Shown here in pieces: positions 34,811 through 42,177 of a DNA stretch of 42,177 nucleotides. Within the stretch, counting starts at the first letter, position 1; the number at the start of each line of letters is the position of its first letter. Under the pieces are notes generated by a model, which had not been told where the DNA came from, searched no databases, and saw only the letters and a program-made list of their open reading frames with translations. Both the position numbers and the translations under genes were made by a program. Source of the DNA: Tepidiphilus sp. (GTDB lineage: Bacteria; Pseudomonadota; Gammaproteobacteria; Burkholderiales; Rhodocyclaceae). The stretch spans positions 1-42,177 of the forward strand of contig JAQUGB010000001.1 of NCBI GenBank assembly GCA_028684345.1, read 5' to 3'.

Positions 34811-34989
34811 CGTTTTCTCCTCGTTGCGTTGCGTCCCTTGCGGACATGCTCATTAGAGCACGCAGCCGCCGTCCTCGCGCCTCATCAGCGTTTCGGCGTG
34901 TAACGTTTGTTATCGCCGACGATCGTATCTTTTTCCTTTGGGGGTGGAGTGCGCCATAATGCACTCGATGTCACATAGGAAGCCTCCCG

Positions 34990-35718
34990 ATGGAGTCGAC
35001 CTCTCACCTCGTCCTGGTCGATGACGACCATGAGTTTCGCCGCTTGCTCGCCGAAGATTTGCGACGACGCGGCTTTTCGGTCGAAGCGGTAGCCGACGCC
35101 GCCGCACTCGATGGGCTCTTGGCACAGCGTCTGCCCGATCTCATCGTACTCGACTGGATGCTACCCGGTGAAGACGGGCCCAGCGTGCTGCGCCGGCTGC
35201 GGGCCAATCCGCGCACCCAGGCAGTACCCGTACTGATGCTCACCGCGCGCAACGACGAGTTCGACCGTGTCTTTGGGCTCGAGATCGGTGCCGACGACTA
35301 TCTCACCAAGCCCTTTCTTCCCCGTGAGCTCGAGGCGCGCATCAAGGCGATCCTGCGACGCACACGAGGCCCCGGCGCACAGCCCTCGCTCGCGCCGCGC
35401 CGCTGGCGCATCGGGCCGGTCGAATTCGACACCGTGGCACGAACCCTCACCCTACCGCATGGCACGGTCCAGCCGCTCACCGGGAGCGAGTTTGCCCTCC
35501 TGTCGCTCTTCGTACAGCACCCCAACGAAGTGCTCACCCGCGACTATCTCATGCGCGCCACGCGTGGGCGCGGCGCCGACGTGTTCGACCGTGCCATCGA
35601 CATCGCCGTCAGCCGCCTGCGCGCCAAACTCGAGTTCAACCCCCAGGTACCGCGGGCCATCCGCTCGGTGCGCGGCCAAGGCTACGTGCTCGCCGCGCCG
35701 GTCGAATCGATCGAATGA
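34990..35718 (+). CDS. OmpR-family response regulator
   Basis: Receiver motifs LVDDD, LDWMLPG, GADDYLTKPF; winged helix with DRAIDIAVSRLR and VRGQGY. Confidence 0.95.
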   Translation: MESTSHLVLVDDDHEFRRLLAEDLRRRGFSVEAVADAAALDGLLAQRLPDLIVLDWMLPGEDGPSVLRRLRANPRTQAVPVLMLTARNDEFDRVFGLEIGADDYLTKPFLPRELEARIKAILRRTRGPGAQPSLAPRRWRIGPVEFDTVARTLTLPHGTVQPLTGSEFALLSLFVQHPNEVLTRDYLMRATRGRGADVFDRAIDIAVSRLRAKLEFNPQVPRAIRSVRGQGYVLAAPVESIE

Positions 35719-37076
35719 GCCTGCTTCCCCTACTGTCTTTCGGCCGACGCTTGCGCACCCGACTCGCCTGGGTGGTCAGCGCCGCCGTCGTCGCCCTGTT
35801 TGCCCTGACCCTGGCCTTGCTCGCCTACCAAAGCCGGGCCGCAGCGGAAGTACGTCTGCAACGCGACGCCGCCCAAGCACTGGCGCGCGCCGTCGCGGTC
35901 ATGGAAGCCCTGCCCTGGAGCGAGCGGCCCATGGCCGCTCAATATTGGGAATTCGCTCCCCTGATCGTCGCTCCGGCCGCGCCTCCCCCACAAGCCCGGC
36001 CGCTCCCCCTGCCGCCGGTATGGCATGAAACGCTCGCCAATCTCCTCTCGCTGGAAGACCTCTCTTTCTGGGAAATCGACACTGGGACCGGATCCCGCCG
36101 AGGGGCTACCATCATCCTCGAAGACGGCACCCCTTTGAGCGCCTTGCTCCCACCGGAGCCCCATCGTCCGCAACCCGACCTGCCCTGGCGCATCGTCACC
36201 GCGCTCGCACTCGCCGGGGTCGGGACCTGGCTCATCACGCTGTGGGCCTTGCGCCGGGTCACCTCCCCGCTCGAGCGGCTCATCGGCGCGCTCGAGACCT
36301 TTGCCACCCCTCGGGCGTCGGCCACGCCGCTGCCCGAACGCGGCCCCTACGAAGTCGTACTCACCGCCCGCACCCTCAACGCCCTGCGGGAACGCATCGA
36401 GCAGCTGCTCGCCGCCCGCACTGCCCTGCTCGCCGGTATCGCACACGACCTTCGCACGCCGCTCGCGCGCATACGCCTGCGCGTGGAAGTTCTGGCCGAG
36501 GACGAGACCCGCAGCGGGATCGAGCGCGATTTGGTAGACATGCAAAAGCTCATCGACCTCAGCCTCGACTATGCCCGCAGCCTCACCCCTCATCTCGAAT
36601 ACCAGAAGGTCGATCTCGACGAATTCGTCACCGATCTCGTCACCCTCTACCGTGAAAGCGGCGTGGAGATCGAAACCCTTCTGCCCGCTCCCCCCTTGTC
36701 GGCAACGCTCGACCCGGCAGCACTCGGGCGCATCCTCTCGAACCTGCTCGACAATGCCTCACGCTACGGCACTCGCGTGCGACTCACCTTGCGCCCCTCG
36801 GCGGAGCGAAGCTGCGAGTTCATCATCGAGGACGACGGTCCAGGCATCCCCAGCGAATCGAGACGCGCCGTACTGGAACCCTTCGTTCGGCTCGACCCTT
36901 CGCGCAATTACGACACCGGCGGCACCGGTCTGGGCCTGGCGATCGCCGTCAACCTGGCCCGCGCGATGAACGGCACGCTCGTGCTCGAGGATTCCGCACT
37001 GGGCGGTCTGGGCGCCCGCCTCGTGCTGCCCTGCGAGCCCGCGATGGGTTGCGGGGGCGGGCACGGATCGCTATAG
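35715..37076 (+). CDS. Sensor histidine kinase (2 TM, HAMP, HisKA, HATPase)
   Basis: H-box IAHDLRTPL, N-box NLLDNASRY, EDDGPG, GGTGLGL; ATGA overlap with the regulator. Confidence 0.93.
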   Translation: MSLLPLLSFGRRLRTRLAWVVSAAVVALFALTLALLAYQSRAAAEVRLQRDAAQALARAVAVMEALPWSERPMAAQYWEFAPLIVAPAAPPPQARPLPLPPVWHETLANLLSLEDLSFWEIDTGTGSRRGATIILEDGTPLSALLPPEPHRPQPDLPWRIVTALALAGVGTWLITLWALRRVTSPLERLIGALETFATPRASATPLPERGPYEVVLTARTLNALRERIEQLLAARTALLAGIAHDLRTPLARIRLRVEVLAEDETRSGIERDLVDMQKLIDLSLDYARSLTPHLEYQKVDLDEFVTDLVTLYRESGVEIETLLPAPPLSATLDPAALGRILSNLLDNASRYGTRVRLTLRPSAERSCEFIIEDDGPGIPSESRRAVLEPFVRLDPSRNYDTGGTGLGLAIAVNLARAMNGTLVLEDSALGGLGARLVLPCEPAMGCGGGHGSL

Positions 37077-37106
37077 TGAGCGTGTTCGTTCCCGAGGAAC
37101 CGCACC

Positions 37107-37475
37107 GTGATCACCATCGAAGTCCGCGACGACCTCATCTCCGCCGCCGTGTTTGGCGAATTCACGCTCGAAGATTTCAAGGAATTCGAGGATGCGGTCG
37201 AATACCGCAACCGCTTCGGCGGCCCGGTGGACGTACTGTTCGACCTGCGCAACATGCTGGGGTTTACGATCGACGCCGCATGGGAAGAATTCCGCTTCGC
37301 CCGGCAGCATCCGTCCGACTTCCGTCGCATCGCCATCATCGCCGAAGACGACTGGCTTGCCATGCTGACCTGGCTCGAAAGCCTCTTTCTCGAAGCCGAG
37401 ATTCAGGTTTTCGACACGGAGGAAGAAGCCCTCGCCTGGATTAGAGAGGGACGAGATGCGCCAGGCCACCCATGA
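37107..37475 (+). CDS. SpoIIAA-like (STAS/SEC14) domain protein
   Basis: GEFTLEDFKEFE, LFDLRNMLGFT, FRRIAII, EEALAWI; GTG start with GAGGA RBS. Confidence 0.8.
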   Translation: MITIEVRDDLISAAVFGEFTLEDFKEFEDAVEYRNRFGGPVDVLFDLRNMLGFTIDAAWEEFRFARQHPSDFRRIAIIAEDDWLAMLTWLESLFLEAEIQVFDTEEEALAWIREGRDAPGHP

Positions 37476-38331
37476 CGGCGTCGGCCCCATCCTCTCCGCT
37501 CGCTCGCTCGCCGAACACCTGGACGACCCTTCCTGGCGGGTGATCGACTGCCGACACGACCTCAGCGACCCGGCGCTCGGGCGTCGGGCCTGGGCGGAGT
37601 CCCACATCCCGGGGGCGATCTTCTGGCATCTGGACGAAGACCTCTCCGGCCCACGCACCGGCACCAACGGACGCCATCCCTTGCCGTCTTACGGTGATTT
37701 CGTCCGTTTCGTGGAGGCGTGCGGCATCATGCCCGAGACCCGGGTCGTCGTCTACGACGACGATGGCGGCATGTTCGCCGCCCGCGCCTGGTGGATGCTG
37801 CGCTGGATCGGGCATCGGCGCGTCGCCGTGCTCGACGGGGGCTGGAACGCCTGGCGCAGCGACAATCTGCCGTTCGACCGCAGCGTGCGGCAAGCCGCGC
37901 CGTGTACCTACCCGGCCGCGCCCGAGCCGTGCATGCCCACCGTCACCGCCGACGAACTCCTCGCCCAACTCGGAACGGGCCGCTTCCTCATCCTCGATGC
38001 CCGCAGTCCCGACCGCTATCGCGGCGAGAACGAGGCGCTCGACCCGGTCGCGGGGCACATCCCCGGCGCCGTCAACCGTTTCTATCGCCTCAACCTCGAC
38101 GAACACGGCCGGTTCCGTCCGCCCGAGGCACTGCGCGCCGAGTTCGCGGCGCTCCTTGCCGGCCGAGATCCCTCCGAAGTGGTGCATCAATGCGGCTCCG
38201 GCGTCACCGCCTGCCACAACCTGATGGCGATGGAATGGGCGGGCCTTTGCGGCTCGCGCCTCTATCCCGGCTCGTGGAGCGAGTGGTGCGCCGATCCGCG
38301 CCGCCCCATCAAGCAGGGCCCAGAGCCCTGA
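37456..38331 (+). CDS. sseA: Tandem-domain sulfurtransferase (3-mercaptopyruvate/SseA type)
   Basis: HIPGA twice, AARAWW, active site CGSGVTA, YPGSWSEW. Confidence 0.88.
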   Translation: MRQATHDGVGPILSARSLAEHLDDPSWRVIDCRHDLSDPALGRRAWAESHIPGAIFWHLDEDLSGPRTGTNGRHPLPSYGDFVRFVEACGIMPETRVVVYDDDGGMFAARAWWMLRWIGHRRVAVLDGGWNAWRSDNLPFDRSVRQAAPCTYPAAPEPCMPTVTADELLAQLGTGRFLILDARSPDRYRGENEALDPVAGHIPGAVNRFYRLNLDEHGRFRPPEALRAEFAALLAGRDPSEVVHQCGSGVTACHNLMAMEWAGLCGSRLYPGSWSEWCADPRRPIKQGPEP

Positions 38332-38385
38332 AAGCACCGCGCAACGCCGCCATGCCGCGGCGCAGCAGGTCGTTCGCGGCGCCCT

Positions 38386-39204
38386 TTACTCCGGCACGTC
38401 GACACGCACCACTTCCGGCAAGGCCCGACCGAGGAAACGCTCCGCGATCGTTTGAAAGCGCAGGGGCACGTCGGTGACGTAGAAACGATGCCGGGGAGCG
38501 GAACCGGTGCCGGCGCGCAGGCCCTCTTCGCGATCGAGCCCCCGGGCGGCCTGCTCGGCCGTGGTCACGGCCGAATCGACGATGCGCACCCGCGGTCCGG
38601 CGATGTCGGCGAGCACCGGCTTGAGCAAAGGATAATGGGTGCAACCGAGCACGAGGGTGTCCACCCCCTCGGCGAGCACCGGCTTGAGGTACTCCTCGGC
38701 GGTGAGGCGCGTGACCGGATGGTCGAGCCAGCCTTCTTCCACCAGCGGCACGAAGAGGGCACAGGCTTGTGAATGCACCCGCACATCGCCGCGCAGCGCA
38801 TGAATGCGAAGCGCATAGGTGTTGCTGTTGATGGTGGTCGGCGTACCGATCACGCCCACCGTGGCGTTGCGCGTGGCCGCCACCGCCGCCCGGGCGCCGG
38901 CCTCGATCACGTCGAGCACCGGCACGTTCGGTCCGGCGAGCGTGCGCACCACTTCCTGCGCCACCGCCGCCATGGTGTTGCACGCCACGATCAGCATCTT
39001 CACGTCCTGCGCGAGCAGGAAACGGGTGAGCTGGGCCGCGTAACGCGCGATGGTGTCCGGCGACTTGATCCCATAGGGCACGCGCGCCGTGTCGCCGAAA
39101 TAGACGATGGATTCGAACGGTAGCCGCTCCATGAGCGCGCGCACCACGGTCAGGCCGCCCACGCCGGAATCGAACACCCCGATGGGGCGATCCGCCTTCG
39201 TCAT
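38386..39204 (-). CDS. murI: Glutamate racemase
   Basis: IGVFDSGVGG, PYG, VACNT, LGCTHYP. Confidence 0.96.
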   Translation of the reverse strand: MTKADRPIGVFDSGVGGLTVVRALMERLPFESIVYFGDTARVPYGIKSPDTIARYAAQLTRFLLAQDVKMLIVACNTMAAVAQEVVRTLAGPNVPVLDVIEAGARAAVAATRNATVGVIGTPTTINSNTYALRIHALRGDVRVHSQACALFVPLVEEGWLDHPVTRLTAEEYLKPVLAEGVDTLVLGCTHYPLLKPVLADIAGPRVRIVDSAVTTAEQAARGLDREEGLRAGTGSAPRHRFYVTDVPLRFQTIAERFLGRALPEVVRVDVPE

Positions 39205-39245
39205 CCTGTGCCTTCCCTGCAAAAGCGCGAGTGTAGCACCGCCCT

Positions 39246-40304
39246 TCAAGACACTCCATGCCGCGCGAGCGCCCAGGCGACATGCTCACGCACCAGGGCG
39301 GAGGGATGCTCGCGCCGTGCCATGAGCGCCGCCACCACCTCCGGACTCGTGGGGGCGTTGCCCAGGGCCACGGCCAGGTTGCGCAGCCACCGTTCCCAAC
39401 CGATGCGCCGTATCGGACTGCCGGCGAACTTTTCCAGGAACTCGCCCTCGCTCCAAGCAAAGAGCGAAGTGAGCATCGGAGCATCCAGCCCGTGGCGCGG
39501 CGCGAATTCCGGCAGATCCACGCGCCGCGCGAAGCGGTTCCACGGGCAGACGAGCTGGCAATCGTCGCAGCCGTAGATGCGGTTGCCGATCGCCGGACGC
39601 AATGATTCGGGAATCGACCCGGGATGCTCGATGGTCAAATAAGAGATGCAACGGCGCGCGTCCAGGCGATAGGGAGCCACGATCGCCCCGGTCGGGCATA
39701 GGTCGATGCAGCGCGTGCAGCGCCCGCAGTGCGGCGCAACCGGCTCGTCGGCCGGCAAAGGCCAGTCGGTGAAGATCTCGCCGAGAAAGAAGAAGGACCC
39801 TTCCTCGCGACTCAACGAGAGCGTATGCTTGCCGCGCCAGCCGAGCCCGGCACGCTCGGCGAGCGCCACCTCCATCACCGGCGCCGAATCGACGAAGACC
39901 CGCCCCCGATGCGGCCCCATCGCCTCCATGAAAGCAAGGAGCTTTGCCAAGCGAGAGCGCACCGCTTTGTGGTAATCCCGCCCCAGGGCATAGCGCGACA
40001 CGTAGCCGAGCCCCGGGTCGGCGAGCACGTCCTGCGCCGGAGCCGCATCCGCCGGCCAATAGGGGAAGCGCAAGGAGATCACCCGCACCGTGCCCGGCAC
40101 CAGTTCTGCCGGACGCGCACGCAAAAGGCCATGCCGGCGCATATAATCCATCTCACCGTGGAAGCCGGCCTCCAGCCAGGCGAGCAGGCCCGGCTCGCAC
40201 TGCGACAAATCGGGCTCGGCCACCCGCATCGCCGAAAACCCCAAAGAGGCAGCCGCCTCAGCGATCGCGCGTTTGCGCGCCTGCCAATCGACCAAGTTCG
40301 TCAT
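39246..40304 (-). CDS. queG: Epoxyqueuosine reductase
   Basis: SRYALGRDYH, FVDSAP, CGRCTRCIDLCP, RCISYLTIE, GCDDCQLVCPWN. Confidence 0.96.
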   Translation of the reverse strand: MTNLVDWQARKRAIAEAAASLGFSAMRVAEPDLSQCEPGLLAWLEAGFHGEMDYMRRHGLLRARPAELVPGTVRVISLRFPYWPADAAPAQDVLADPGLGYVSRYALGRDYHKAVRSRLAKLLAFMEAMGPHRGRVFVDSAPVMEVALAERAGLGWRGKHTLSLSREEGSFFFLGEIFTDWPLPADEPVAPHCGRCTRCIDLCPTGAIVAPYRLDARRCISYLTIEHPGSIPESLRPAIGNRIYGCDDCQLVCPWNRFARRVDLPEFAPRHGLDAPMLTSLFAWSEGEFLEKFAGSPIRRIGWERWLRNLAVALGNAPTSPEVVAALMARREHPSALVREHVAWALARHGVS

Positions 40305-40319
40305 CTCCACAAACGCCCC

Positions 40320-40805
40320 ATGTCCCTGCCTCGTGAAACTTCAACCCTCACCCTATCGCTCAGCGACGAGCACGCCACGGCAGTGCTCGCCGAACGCCTG
40401 GCTCCCTGCCTTGCTCCTGGCTGGGTCGTTCACCTCGTCGGCCCTCTGGGTGCGGGCAAGACCACTTTCGTCCGCGCCCTCTTGTACGCTCTGGGACACA
40501 CCGGTCCCGTCAAGAGCCCCACCTACGGGCTGGTTGAACTTTATCCTGTTTCTGGATTAAACTTGTACCACTTTGATTTTTATCGGTTCGCGACGCCGGA
40601 GGAATTCTACGCCGCGGGGCTGGAGGAATACTTCGACGGCACGGGAGTTTGTCTCGTCGAATGGCCGGAAAAAGCCGCACCACTCGCCCCCGGAGCCGAT
40701 CTGACGATCACGATCGAACCACGACCAGACGGCAGCCGTGAAGTTCGGCTCACCGCCTCGACCCCGAGGGCTCGCCAATGTCTGAACCGCCTCGCCGCAC
40801 CATGA
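40320..40805 (+). CDS. tsaE: t6A biosynthesis ATPase TsaE
   Basis: GPLGAGKT, VKSPTY, HFDFYR, VEWP. Confidence 0.96.
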   Translation: MSLPRETSTLTLSLSDEHATAVLAERLAPCLAPGWVVHLVGPLGAGKTTFVRALLYALGHTGPVKSPTYGLVELYPVSGLNLYHFDFYRFATPEEFYAAGLEEYFDGTGVCLVEWPEKAAPLAPGADLTITIEPRPDGSREVRLTASTPRARQCLNRLAAP

Positions 40806-42133
40806 CACCCATACCCGCAACGGCCCCTCGGCGCCGTTTCCTCGGACAGGCCGGCGCCCTCCTGGCCGCCTTCACCCTCACGCCCCATCTGGCCAGGGCA
40901 CAAGGAACGACCTTCGTCGCCGTGCGCGCCTGGCCGGCCGAAGATTACACGAGGATCACCCTCGAAGCGAACCAGCCGCTGCATTTCGAGTACCTTTTCG
41001 TCCCCGACCCCGACCGACTCGTGATCGACCTGCCCGGCATGAGCATCGACGAGGTGCTCAAGAGCCTGCCGGACAAGATCGCGGCCGACGACCCCAACAT
41101 TCATGGCGTGCGCATCGGTCAGTTTCGTCCCGACGTGGTGCGCGTGGTCATCGACCTCAAACGGCAGGCCGAACCGCAGATTTTCACCCTCGATCCGGTG
41201 GCCCAGTACCGCCACCGGCTGGTCATCGACGTCTATCCCAAAACGCCGCGCGACCCCATCGAGGCCCTGCTTGCCGAGCTCGACGGCAAGCGAGCGGCCA
41301 CCTCGCCCACGGCGGCATCCTCCGGGCCGAGCGCAACGCCCGATCTCACCGCTTCAGCCCCTCCCCGGACCAAAGGCGTCCCGGCCAAGGCTCGGGCCTC
41401 GGGCGGTGCCCCCTACGTGATCGTGATCGATCCCGGCCACGGCGGCGAGGACCCGGGAGCGATCGGCCGTTTCGGCACCCGCGAAAAAGACGTGACCCTG
41501 GCCATCGCGCGCCGACTCAAACGCATCATCGATGCCCAACCCAATCTACGTTGCGCCCTGACCCGTGACGGAGACTATTTCGTTCCCCTGGGCGAGCGCG
41601 TACGGCGAGCCCGCAGGGCCCAGGCTGACCTCTTCGTTTCCATCCATGCCGACGCCGTGGCCTCCTCGGGACCGCGCGGCAGCTCCGTCTATGTGCTGAG
41701 CAATCGCGGCGCCTCGAGCACCACCGCACGTTGGCTCGCCAACAAAGAAAACCAGGCCGACCTCATCGGGGGTATCAATCTGGGGCAACAGAACGAGCAC
41801 GTCGCCAAGACCTTGCTCGATCTTTCGCTCACGGCGACCATGCAGGATTCCGCCCAGCTCGGGCGCCACGTCCTTACCGCCCTCGGACAAGTCAATACGT
41901 TGCACAAACGCGACATCGAATACGCTAACTTCGCCGTGTTGCGCAATCCGGACGTTCCGGCCATACTGGTCGAGACCGCCTTCATCAGCAACCCGGAGGA
42001 AGAGCGGCGCCTGAAAGATCCAAAATACCAAGAGAAACTGGCGCAGGCGATCCTCAAGGGGCTGCAGCGCCACCTCGAGACCACGGCTCCGACCCCCCGC
42101 TTGCTGATCGCCGCCCGCGAGGGAAGGGGCTGA
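40802..42133 (+). CDS. amiC: N-acetylmuramoyl-L-alanine amidase (Tat signal, AMIN and Amidase_3 domains)
   Basis: RRRFLG twin-arginine signal, PDRLVID, IDPGHGGEDPGA, SIHAD, LVETAFISN. Confidence 0.93.
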   Translation: MTPIPATAPRRRFLGQAGALLAAFTLTPHLARAQGTTFVAVRAWPAEDYTRITLEANQPLHFEYLFVPDPDRLVIDLPGMSIDEVLKSLPDKIAADDPNIHGVRIGQFRPDVVRVVIDLKRQAEPQIFTLDPVAQYRHRLVIDVYPKTPRDPIEALLAELDGKRAATSPTAASSGPSATPDLTASAPPRTKGVPAKARASGGAPYVIVIDPGHGGEDPGAIGRFGTREKDVTLAIARRLKRIIDAQPNLRCALTRDGDYFVPLGERVRRARRAQADLFVSIHADAVASSGPRGSSVYVLSNRGASSTTARWLANKENQADLIGGINLGQQNEHVAKTLLDLSLTATMQDSAQLGRHVLTALGQVNTLHKRDIEYANFAVLRNPDVPAILVETAFISNPEEERRLKDPKYQEKLAQAILKGLQRHLETTAPTPRLLIAAREGRG

Positions 42134-42177
42134 AAAGACGGCGTTTCGCTGCTCAGCCGATATAATCAAAGTTTTTT

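Noticed and set aside
34947-34966. CIRCE/HrcA operator
   Set aside because: The half-sites are in reversed order, lack the TTA/TAA ends and have an 8-bp spacer, so it is not TTAGCACTC-N9-GAGTGCTAA.
42134-42177. TATAAT at 42161-42166 as promoter of a downstream gene
   Set aside because: There is no clear -35 and the target lies outside the window.

Overview
High-GC betaproteobacterial chromosome segment. Gene content and style resemble Rhodocyclales/Hydrogenophilales; that placement is an inference. About 95% is core housekeeping: guaBA, ratAB-smpB, fabI, ppiD, rpsT, murJ, a phosphofructokinase, a Nudix hydrolase, the complete nuoA-N operon, tRNA-Leu(GAG), secG-tpiA-glmM-folP-ftsH, a Spy/CpxP-like gene with an OmpR/EnvZ-type two-component system, a STAS-like protein, a rhodanese, murI, queG, tsaE and amiC. 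The only accessory DNA is the first ~2.3 kb, the edge of an element integrated in the 3' end of guaA. It carries a P4-like tyrosine integrase, a GAGTGGGA att core, a dense array of TRCCATG repeats with IHF-like sites, and a Cys-containing LuxR-type HTH gene cut by an IS256-family element at the window edge. I found no CRISPR array or clearly new multi-gene system. The best leads are the att-arm architecture and interrupted regulator, a PPi-family PFK with the ATP-type Gly signature coupled to the nuo operon tail, a PpiD apparently lacking its parvulin domain, a tRNA-3'-end-like repeat in the nuoA leader, and overlapping hairpins upstream of ftsH.
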